64,000 bases of DNA, from positions 128,001-192,000 of the forward strand of contig CAVPSB010000015.1 in the NCBI GenBank assembly GCA_963708025.1, given 5' to 3'. The stretch's first letter is position 1, and the number at the start of each line of letters is the position of its first letter. Both the position numbers and the translations under genes were made by a program. The notes under the pieces are model-generated. The model saw only the letters and a program-made list of their open reading frames with translations. It did no database searches and was not told where the DNA came from. Shown piece after piece: positions 19,847 to 28,820 of this stretch. The stretch comes from an uncultured Candidatus Rokubacteria bacterium. Its GTDB lineage: Bacteria > Methylomirabilota > Methylomirabilia > Rokubacteriales > DASRDR01.

Positions 19847-21394
19847 ATGCGAGGGATCAGAGGGTTCGCGGGAGTGCTCCTGGTCGTCGCCGGACTGGCC
19901 GGTGTCGCGTGGGCCCAGGCCGCGCGCGAGGTGGTCGTGATCGGCATGGAGGCCGAGCCGCCCGGGCTCGATCCCGGGCAGGCGCTCGGGCTCCACACGC
20001 TCCGCGTGACGCACGAGATCTTCGAGACGCTCGTCACGACGCCGGACGACAGCACCGACGTCGTCCCCGGGCTCGCCGAGTCCTGGCAGGTGTCGGCGGA
20101 CGGCCTGGCCTGGACGTTCAAGCTGCGCCGGGGGGTCAAGTTCCACGACGGCACCCCGCTCGACGCGACCGCGGTCAAGTTCACCTTCGACCGCGTGATC
20201 GATCCCAGCCACCCGCACGCCAAGAGCGGGAAGTGGTCGTTCGCGGTCGGCTACCTGTCGAGCGTCAAGTCGGTGGAGGTCGTCGATGCGCTGACCGTGC
20301 GGCTCCACCTCAAGTACCCGAACGGCGCGCTCCTCGCCAACCTGGCGATCCCCAACTGCGCGATCGTGAGCCCGACGGCGTTCGCCAAGGCGCCGGCCGA
20401 CTTCAGCTTCCAGCCGGTCGGGAGCGGGCGGTACCGCTTCGAGTCGTGGGAGCGGGGGAGCAAGCTGGTGCTCCGCCGCAACGACGACTACTGGGGCGTG
20501 AAGGGCAAGCCGCGGGCGCTCGTCTACCGGGGCATCCCGGAGGCGAACGCGCGGGTGACCGAGCTCCTGACCGGCGGCGTCAACCTGATCCTGCCGGTCC
20601 CGCCGGATTTCGTGGCCCGGCTGGAGACGACGCCCCAGGTGACCGTGTACAAGAAGACCGGGCTCACGATCTGGTACGTCGGGATGAACGTCGAGAAGAA
20701 GCCGTTCACCGACAAACGGGTCCGCCAGGCGCTCAATCACGCGGTGAACCGGGAGGCGATCGTCCGGGACATCCTGAAAGGGACCGGCATTCCCGCCACC
20801 GGGCCGCTGCTGCCGGGCACGTGGGCGTACGAGCCCAACGTCCGGAAGTACCCGTACGACCCGACCATGGCCAAGCGGATCCTGGCCGAGGCGGGCTACC
20901 CGAACGGCTTCGAGGTGGAGCTGTGGGTGCCCGAGTCGGGCTCGGGCATGCAGGCGCCGGTGGAGATGTCCACGGTGATCCAGGCGAACCTGGCCGCTGT
21001 CGGCGTGAAGGCGAGCCTGAAGACGATGGAGTGGGGCTCCTACCTGGGCAAGCTGCGCACCGACGCCCCGCCGATGTTCGCCCTCTCCTGGTTCCTCAAG
21101 TCCGAGGATCCCGACCTGTCGCTGCACCCGAACTTCTTCTCGAAGAGCGCGCCGCTCCCCAACCGGGCCAACTACGCCAACCCCGAGGTCGACGAGCTGC
21201 TGCTCCAGGCCCGGCAGGCCGGCGACCGGGCCAAGCGGGCCGACCTCTACCGCCGGGTCCAGCGGATGGTCGTGGAGGACGCGCCCTGGATCTTCGTCGA
21301 CCACGAGATCCAGGTCGTCGCCACCCGGGCCGGCCTCAAGGGGTTCAAGCTCCACCCGAGCGGCTTCGACCTCCGCGTCGAGCACCTCGAGTAG
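19847..21394 (+). CDS. ABC substrate-binding protein family 5, paralog of 13567-15132
   Basis: Shares WVPESGSGMQ, PWIFxDHEIQ, GFKLHPS..FDLRVE with the upstream paralog. Confidence 0.92.
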   Translation: MRGIRGFAGVLLVVAGLAGVAWAQAAREVVVIGMEAEPPGLDPGQALGLHTLRVTHEIFETLVTTPDDSTDVVPGLAESWQVSADGLAWTFKLRRGVKFHDGTPLDATAVKFTFDRVIDPSHPHAKSGKWSFAVGYLSSVKSVEVVDALTVRLHLKYPNGALLANLAIPNCAIVSPTAFAKAPADFSFQPVGSGRYRFESWERGSKLVLRRNDDYWGVKGKPRALVYRGIPEANARVTELLTGGVNLILPVPPDFVARLETTPQVTVYKKTGLTIWYVGMNVEKKPFTDKRVRQALNHAVNREAIVRDILKGTGIPATGPLLPGTWAYEPNVRKYPYDPTMAKRILAEAGYPNGFEVELWVPESGSGMQAPVEMSTVIQANLAAVGVKASLKTMEWGSYLGKLRTDAPPMFALSWFLKSEDPDLSLHPNFFSKSAPLPNRANYANPEVDELLLQARQAGDRAKRADLYRRVQRMVVEDAPWIFVDHEIQVVATRAGLKGFKLHPSGFDLRVEHLE

Positions 21395-21500
21395 GTCTCC
21401 CGGCGCTCGGTGCGCGTGGGCCTCGGACGGCGAGCATTCGACCGCCTCGGCGAGGCGGTCCGGACGGCGCTGCCGCGTCGTTCAACCGGCGACGCCCACC

Positions 21501-24500
21501 GTGGTCATCGAATCGATGGCGATCGGCGAGGGGCCGCTGGGGGTCGTGGAGGCTTCGTATCCGCTCTCCCCGATGCAACAGGGCCTGCTGGTCGAGAGCC
21601 TGACCTCCAGGCGACCCGGGGTGAACCTGGAGCAGGTACTGTGCGGGTTCGACGAGGATCTGGACATCCCCGCGCTCGAGCGGGCGTGGGCCCGGGTGGT
21701 GCGGCAGCACGCGATCCTCCGGACCGGTGTCCGGTGGGGCGACTCCGGCAACTACGTGCAGGACGTGCACCAGACCGTCCGGCTGAGCTGGGCCCACCAT
21801 GACTGGCGACACCTTTCCACGCGCCAGCGCCGGCGGGAGCTCGAGCGGTTTCTCCGGGAGGATCGCCGGAAGGGCTTCGATGTCTCGGCCGTCCCCCTGA
21901 TGCGTCTCTCGCTCATCCGCGAAGGGCGACGCCGCTACCAGTGCTGGTGGACGGTCCACCACCTGGTCGTCGACGTGCGGGTCTTCCTCCTGGTGCTGAG
22001 CGACGTGCTCACCTGTTACGACGGGTACCGGCGGGGCAGGGACCCGGATCTCGGCGAACCCCGCCTTTACCGCGACCATGTCGAGTGGCTGCAACGGGTG
22101 GATCACTCGCGGGCGGAGACGTTCTGGCGCCAGCGCCTTCAGGGATTTCGCGAACCGACCCCGCTGGTGGTGGCGCGGACGCCGGAGGTGGCCGGGGCCG
22201 TCGGCGAGATCCGAGGCGAGCAGGAGTTCGCGCTGTCGCGGAAGACGACGGAGGCGCTCCGATCGCTGGCGAGCGCCAACGGGTTCACGCTGAATACCGT
22301 GCGTCCACGGCGCGTGGGCCCTCCTCCTCGGTCGCTACAGCGGGCAGGACGACGTGCTGTTCGGCGCCGTCCGGGCGTGCCGGCGGTCCGGCCTGGAGGG
22401 TGCCGAGGAAATGGTCGGCCCCTGCATCAACACCGTGCCGGTTCGCGTGCAGATCCCGGAAGACGAGCGTCTGGTGCCGTGGCTGAGGAAGCTGCGCGAG
22501 CAGTGGCGCGCCCTTCGCGAGCACGAGCATTGCCCCCTCTCCCTCGTGGGGGGATGGAGCGAGGTGGCGCCGGGACGGCCGCTGTTCGAGAGCCTCGTCA
22601 ACTTTCAGGAGCCGGGCTGGGCGGCCGCGATGCGGGGACGAGCGGGAAATCGATCGAGGGACTTCGGCAACGTCAGCGCGCCCAGTCAGCCCCTGGCCCT
22701 CGACGCCTACGGCGGCTCGTCGCTCCTGGTGAAGGCGCTCTACGATCCGGCGCGCTTCGAGGCGTCGGCCATCGAGGGCATGCTCGGACACCTGAGGACG
22801 CTCCTGGAGAAGATGGCGTCGGGGGGAGATCCGCCCCTGGCCGCCCTCGACCTGCTGACACCCTCCGAGCGCCGGCGGATGGTCGTCGAGTGGAACGACA
22901 CGGCCACGAGGTTCCCGCGGGACCGGACCGTCCACGCGCTGTACGAGGAGCAGGCCCGGCGGACGCCGGCCGCGATCGCGGTGACATTCGGCAGCGAGCG
23001 CTTGACGTACGCCGAGCTCCACGATCGGGCCGATCGGCTGGCGGGTCTCTTGCGAGCGCGAGGAGTGCGGCGGGGCAGCGTCGTCGGCGTGTGCGCCGAC
23101 CGATCGGTGGACATGGTTGTAGGGTTCCTGGGGGTTCTGAAGGCAGGAGGAGCGTACCTCCCGCTCGATCCCGGATACCCACGGCAACGCCTGGCGCTGA
23201 TGCTGGATGACAGCCGGGCCTCGGTACTCCTGACACAAGATCGCCTCCGGGCGACGCTGCCCGGCACTCCCGCCGAGGTGATCAGCCTCGATGGCGACTG
23301 GGCGCGAATCCCGGGGAGAGTGCCTACGTCCCGGAGGGCGGCGCCGCCGACGACCCCGCGTACGTGATGTACACGTCGGGATCGACCGGAACGCCGAAAG
23401 GGGTCGTGGTGCCGCATCGGGCGGTGGTGCGGCTGGTGAGGAGCACCAATTACATCCACCTGGGCCCCGGCGATCGGGTGGCGCAGGCGTCGAATGCGGC
23501 GTTCGATGCCGCGACCTTCGAGATCTGGGGCGCGCTGCTGAATGGCGCCGGGCTCGTCGGGGTGACCACGGACGTGCTGCTGTCGCCCGGGCAGTTCGCG
23601 AGCCAGGTGAAGCGGGACCGGCTCACGACGCTGTTCCTGACGACGGCGCTGTTCAACGCGATGGCTCGAGAGATCCCGACCGTGTTCCGGGGGATGCGGA
23701 CCGTCCTGTTCGGAGGTGAGAAGGTGGACCCGCACTGGGTGCGGGAGGTGCTGGCGAACGGACCACCGGAGCGCCTGCTCCACGTGTACGGGCCGACCGA
23801 GACGACGACGTTCGCCACGGCGTTCGTGGTGACCAGCCTCCCGAGCGACGCCCGCACGGTGCCCATCGGGCGGCCCATCGCGAACACGCAGGTGTACGTC
23901 GTGGATCGAGTGGGGCACCCCGTCCCGGTCGGCGTCCCCGGCGAGCTCCTCATCGGCGGCGACGGGGTGGCGCTTGGGTACCTCAACCGGCCCGAGCTCG
24001 ACGCGGCGAAGTTCCTGCCGGACCGCTTCCGGGACCGGACCGGCTCGCGGCTGTATCGGACGGGGGATCTGGTCCGGTACGGACCGGAAGGCGAGCTGGA
24101 GTTCCTGGGCCGCGTGGACAACCAGGTGAAGATCCGCGGCTTCCGCGTCGAGCCGGAGGAGATCGAGGCGGTGCTCGGTCAGCATCCCGCCGTGCAGGCC
24201 GCGGTGGTCGTTCTCCGCGAGGACGTGCGCGGAGACCGACGGCTCGTCGGGTACGTCGTGCTCGACGACGGAGGCGACGGAGGGTCCGCCCGGCTTCGCC
24301 GCTTCCTGAGCGGGAAGCTGCCGGACTACATGATTCCGTCAACGTTCGTGGCCATCCCCTCGCTGCCCCTGACGCCTAACGGCAAGGTCGATCGGGAGGC
24401 TCTGCCGCGGCCTGCCGACGTGAGTTCGGCGCCGCCGCCCGCCGCCGACACCGCCGACCGCACGCCGGTCGAGGAGATCGTCGCCGCGGTGTGGGCCGAC

Positions 24501-26078
24501 GTGCTCAAGACCGCGCCGATCGGCTCCGACGTCAACTTCTTCGAGCAGGGCGGGGACTCCCTCCTGGGCATGGAGGTGATGATCCAGCTCGGGGAGGCGT
24601 TCCAGCTCGACCTTCCGGCGAGCCTCCTGTTCGAGCGACCGACCGTCACCGAGCTGAGCCAGGCCATCGGCGAGCTCCGGTCCGGGACGGCGCGGACCGG
24701 CCCGCTGACCGCCGTCCCCCGGGACGCCCCGTTGCCCCTGTCGTACTTCCAGGAGCGCGTGTGGCGATACTGCCAGACGGCCGCCGATCCGCTGCAGTTC
24801 ATCACCTCGACCAGGCGTCGCCTGAAGGGGCGTCTGGACGTCGAGGCGTTCGAGCGCGCCATGACGGAGATCGTCCGGCGCCACGAGGTCCTGCGGACGA
24901 CGTTTTCCCGCCACGGCGATCACCCGGTGCAGACCGTGGGCCCGGCCCGACCCATGCGGGTCCCGGTGGTGAGGGTCCCGGCCGGTCGGGGCGTGTGGGC
25001 CGAGGTCGGGCGGCTGGCCGAGGCGGAAGCCGGACGCCCCTTCGACCTCGAGCGTGATCTCCCACTGCGCGCGACCCTCCTGAGGATGAGCGACACCAAT
25101 CACGTGCTGTTGCTCACCACGCACCACATGATCTACGCGCCGAGCTTGCGACAGATCCTGTTCCGCGAGCTGACCGCCCTCTACGGGGCCTACTCTCGCG
25201 GGGAGCCGTCGCCCCTGCCCGAGCCACGGTTCCAGTACGGAGACTTCGCGGTGTGGCAGCGCCGGTGGCTCCACGAGGATGCCGAGCTGTACCGGCGTCA
25301 GCTCGCGTACTGGAAGGCTCGGCTGCGCGGTCCGCTGCCCGTCATCCGGCTGGCGCCCCGACGACCGGGCGCCGCCGCCCGGGGCGCGGAGCCCTCGGTG
25401 TCGAGAATCCGCGTCCCGAGCGCCGTCTACCGCGAGCTCAAGGCCCTCGGTCGGCGCGAGGGCGCGACGCTCTTCATGGTCTTGCTGGCCGCCGGGAAGG
25501 TCGTCCTGTCGCACCAGGCGAACCTGGAGGACGTCATCGTCGGAAACGTCGTCGAAAGCTCGAGCCCTCCCGACCTCGCCGGGGTCATGGGCCTGAAGGG
25601 CAACCTCCTGGTGCTCCGCACCGATCTCTCCGGGGATCCGACGTTCCGGACGCTCCTGAGGCGAGTCCGCCGGGTGACCCTGGACGCCCTCGACCACCAG
25701 GGCCTTCCGTTCGAGGAGCTCGCGAAGGCCCTCGCGCGGGACGGAGGCCAGGCACCGCCGATCGAGGTGATCTTCCAGCACACGCGGCGGGCGCGAACGG
25801 AGTGGTCCCTGCCCGGCCTGAAGGCCGGGCGGTGGCGGTATATGGGCGAGGCGAAGCGGTGGGGCCTGTCCATGGTCCTGCTGGAGACCGACGACCGGTG
25901 GCTCGCCGCGGCGGCAAGCTTCGATACGGACCGGTACGATTGGGTCGCGATCACGGCGATGCTGGCGGAGTACCGAGCCGTGCTGGCGCGGGTCGTGGAA
26001 AACCCGGAGCTTCGATTGTCGGAGCTCCGGGGCCTCGCGAGTCGCGCCAACGTTGACCCCGGCGCTCACGTCGGATAG
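21501..26078 (+). CDS. Single-module NRPS, C-A-PCP-C*; two frameshifts (~22302, ~23313)
   Basis: C1: YPLSPMQQG, HHLVVD; A: YLPLDPGYP, YTSGSTGTPKG, YGPTE, LYRTGD, QVKIRGFRVE, NGKVDR; PCP: FFEQGGDSL; C2: PLSYFQERVW, HEVLRT, HHMIYAP, LRTDLSGDPTF. Confidence 0.9.
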
Positions 26079-26137
26079 GGTGGGGGAGTGTCGTCGGCTT
26101 CGACGGGTCCGGAGGCGGTGAAGCGGCAACAGGAGGC

Positions 26138-26878
26138 ATGACGACTACCGGACCGACGCTGCTCCCGACGGTGTTCCACATCACCCACTGGAAGGCCGGG
26201 TCGCAGTGGGTTCACCGGATCCTCCACGGCCTGGTGTACGACCGGCTGGTGGTGCCCCGGCAGGACCAGGGTCAGTTCCTGGCCGATCCGATCCAGCCCG
26301 GCCGCGTCTACCCCACGCTCTACGTCACCCGAGAGCAGTTAGAGTCGGTGCTGGTGCCAGCCGATCACCGGCGCTTCGTCATCATCCGGGACCTGCGCGA
26401 CACGCTGGTGTCGCTGTACTTCAGCATCAAGATCAGCCATCCCGTCCCCGACGGGGGGTTCGGCCGGGACCGCGCCGTCCTGGGCGAGTTGCCCCAGGAA
26501 GCCGGCCTGCTCCACGTCCTGCGGACCGGCCTGCCCCAGAGCGCCGCCATCCAGGCGTCGTGGGTCAAGTCGGGCGAGCCGTTGCTCCGGTACGAGGCCC
26601 TGCTCGGCAACGACCTGGGGCTGCTCGCCGACGTGCTCCTGCGCGAGTGCCAGCTGGAAGTGCCCCTCGACCGATTCATCGAGGTCGTGCTGGCCAATCG
26701 CTTCGAGCGGATCACCGGGGGGCGGCCCCGTGGTGAGGAGGACGTCACGGCTCACGAGCGCAAGGGTGTTCAGGGAGACTGGCGCCGCTACTTCACCGAG
26801 CCGGTAAGGCGGGCGTTCAAGGACGAGTTCGGCGACCTCCTGGTGGCGACGGGGTACGAAGCCGACCTCGACTGGTGA
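26138..26878 (+). CDS. PAPS-dependent sulfotransferase
   Basis: THWKAGSQW (5'-PSB loop), IRDLRDTLVS (3'-PB), RKGVQGDWRRYF. Confidence 0.88.
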   Translation: MTTTGPTLLPTVFHITHWKAGSQWVHRILHGLVYDRLVVPRQDQGQFLADPIQPGRVYPTLYVTREQLESVLVPADHRRFVIIRDLRDTLVSLYFSIKISHPVPDGGFGRDRAVLGELPQEAGLLHVLRTGLPQSAAIQASWVKSGEPLLRYEALLGNDLGLLADVLLRECQLEVPLDRFIEVVLANRFERITGGRPRGEEDVTAHERKGVQGDWRRYFTEPVRRAFKDEFGDLLVATGYEADLDW

Positions 26879-26914
26879 ACCGCCGGAGAGCGGCGGTCGG
26901 GAGAGAGCGGGATC

Positions 26915-27787
26915 GTGAGACGGGTCACGGTGCTGGGGGCCACCGGCTTCATCGGCGCCCACCTCGGCGCCGAGCTGCGGCGACGCGGCTACCTGGTGTG
27001 GACCCCGCCGCGCGATGCCGATCTGACGGCTGGCCCGCTGGGGACGGTCTTCTACTGTATCGGTCTGCCCGGCGGCGACGCCCCTGTCCGGCCCTTCGAG
27101 ACGGTGGCCGCCCACGTCTGCAAGCTGGCCGACGTGCTGCGTCGCGGCCAGTTCGATTCCCTCCTCTACCTCTCCTCGACCCGGCTCTACCTGGGGGCGC
27201 CGACGGGCGACGAGGAAGAGACGATCCGCGCCAACCCGCTACAGCCGACGGATCTCTACAACCTCTCCAAGGCCATGGGCGAGTCCCTGGCCCTCCAGTC
27301 GGGCCGGCCGGTGCGCGTCGTTCGCCTCGCGAACGTGTACGGACCGCACTGGAAGTCCGAGAACTTCCTGCCCAGCGTCATCCGGGCCGCCTGGCGCGAT
27401 GGGGTCGTGACGCTGCGGACCGCCTTGACGTCCGCCAAGGACTACGTCCACATCGAGGATGTGGTGAGCCTCCTGATCCGGATCGGGCTGGACGGCTCGC
27501 GGCCAGTCTACAACCTGGCCAGCGGCCGGAACGTGACCCATGCCGAGATCGCCGAGCGGTTGCAGGCGCTGACCGGATGCGCCGTCCAGGCCGAACCGGG
27601 GCTGCCGGTGGTCGTGTTCCCGCCGATCGGCACGGCCCGGCTGCGAGCCGAATTCCCCTTCGTCCCGCGGAGTGTGCTCAGCGACCTGCCGTGGCTCGTG
27701 GAGCTCTACCGCCACGAGCCGGAGCAGCCGGACCGGGGCCCCGGGGCGCGGGACCGGCACGGGGCCGTGCCCAGCGGGCCAGGCTGA
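26915..27787 (+). CDS. NAD-dependent epimerase/dehydratase
   Basis: VLGATGFIG, YLSS, YNLSK, RLANVYG, KDYVHIED. Confidence 0.88.
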   Translation: MRRVTVLGATGFIGAHLGAELRRRGYLVWTPPRDADLTAGPLGTVFYCIGLPGGDAPVRPFETVAAHVCKLADVLRRGQFDSLLYLSSTRLYLGAPTGDEEETIRANPLQPTDLYNLSKAMGESLALQSGRPVRVVRLANVYGPHWKSENFLPSVIRAAWRDGVVTLRTALTSAKDYVHIEDVVSLLIRIGLDGSRPVYNLASGRNVTHAEIAERLQALTGCAVQAEPGLPVVVFPPIGTARLRAEFPFVPRSVLSDLPWLVELYRHEPEQPDRGPGARDRHGAVPSGPG

Positions 27788-27799
27788 GGAGATCGTCGC

Positions 27800-28777
27800 G
27801 TGGCGGGAGCCTCCAGCGGGCGGCGATGGCGCGGGCTGGTGCCCGGGTGGGCCCGCCGCGTCACGGGCCGGCCCGGGCCCCGCGGGATCGAGCAGCGACC
27901 CGGAGCGGCGGCGGAGCTCGACGCGAGCGAGCGGGCGCGCGCGGAGCTGGCGGGGGAAGTGGCGCGGCTCACGGGCGCCCTGAGGGACAGCCACCGGGAC
28001 CGCGAGGCCCTGGCGGCCCACGCGCGCCGGCTCGACGCGGCCCTGCAGGGGCTCGATCGTTTCGTGCGATCCGCCGATTACCACGCCGACCACCTCACGG
28101 TGTGGGGCCGGAACCTGGCGTTCCTGGAGGAGGCGGCGTTCGTCCGGGCCTACGGGCGGGGCATGTCCTCCGGCCACAAGATGGCGCGGCCCAAGGGCAG
28201 CGACGAAGACATCCACGTCGAGTGGCGTGTCCACATCCTGTGCTGGGCCGCCTGGCATGCCCGGCACCTGCCCGGCTGCTTCGTCGAGTGTGGCGTCAAC
28301 ACCGGCCTCTACGCGCTCGCCGTCTGCGACTTCATCGACTTCAACGCCACCGGCAAGGAATTCTACCTGTTCGACACCTTCAACGGCATCCCGGAGGCGC
28401 AGATCGCCGACGACGAGCGCGAGCACGCGACGCTCTACAATGCGCAGTACTACGAGGAGTGTTACGAGCTGGCCCGGCGGAACTTCGCTCCGTACCCGCG
28501 CGCACGGCTGGTGCGGGGTATCGTCCCCGGGTCCTTCGCCGGGGTGAGCATCGACCGGGTGTGCTATCTGTCCATCGACATGAACATCGCCGAGCCGGAG
28601 GTGGCTGCGCTGGCGTTCTTCTGGGACCGCTTGACACCCGGGGCGCCCGTCATTCTCGACGACTACGGCTGGATCACCGCCGCCCGCCAGCAGCGGGAGC
28701 TGAATCGGTTCGCCGAATCGCGGGGTGTCCGGATCGCCACCTTGCCAACCGGTCAGGGGCTGCTGCTCAAGCCGTGA
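27800..28777 (+). CDS. TylF/MycF/NovP family sugar O-methyltransferase with N-terminal coiled coil
   Basis: VECGVNTG, FDTFNG, SIDMN, LDDYG. Confidence 0.85.
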   Translation: MAGASSGRRWRGLVPGWARRVTGRPGPRGIEQRPGAAAELDASERARAELAGEVARLTGALRDSHRDREALAAHARRLDAALQGLDRFVRSADYHADHLTVWGRNLAFLEEAAFVRAYGRGMSSGHKMARPKGSDEDIHVEWRVHILCWAAWHARHLPGCFVECGVNTGLYALAVCDFIDFNATGKEFYLFDTFNGIPEAQIADDEREHATLYNAQYYEECYELARRNFAPYPRARLVRGIVPGSFAGVSIDRVCYLSIDMNIAEPEVAALAFFWDRLTPGAPVILDDYGWITAARQQRELNRFAESRGVRIATLPTGQGLLLKP

Positions 28778-28820
28778 GGCTGCGAGTGACGCAATCGGAT
28801 CCCACCCACGGGGGCAGGCC

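Noticed and set aside
22290-23370. Programmed frameshifting or true pseudogenisation of the NRPS
   Set aside because: No slippery heptamers; similar single-base indels hit many unrelated genes with no in-frame stops, favouring sequencing error (unproven without reads)
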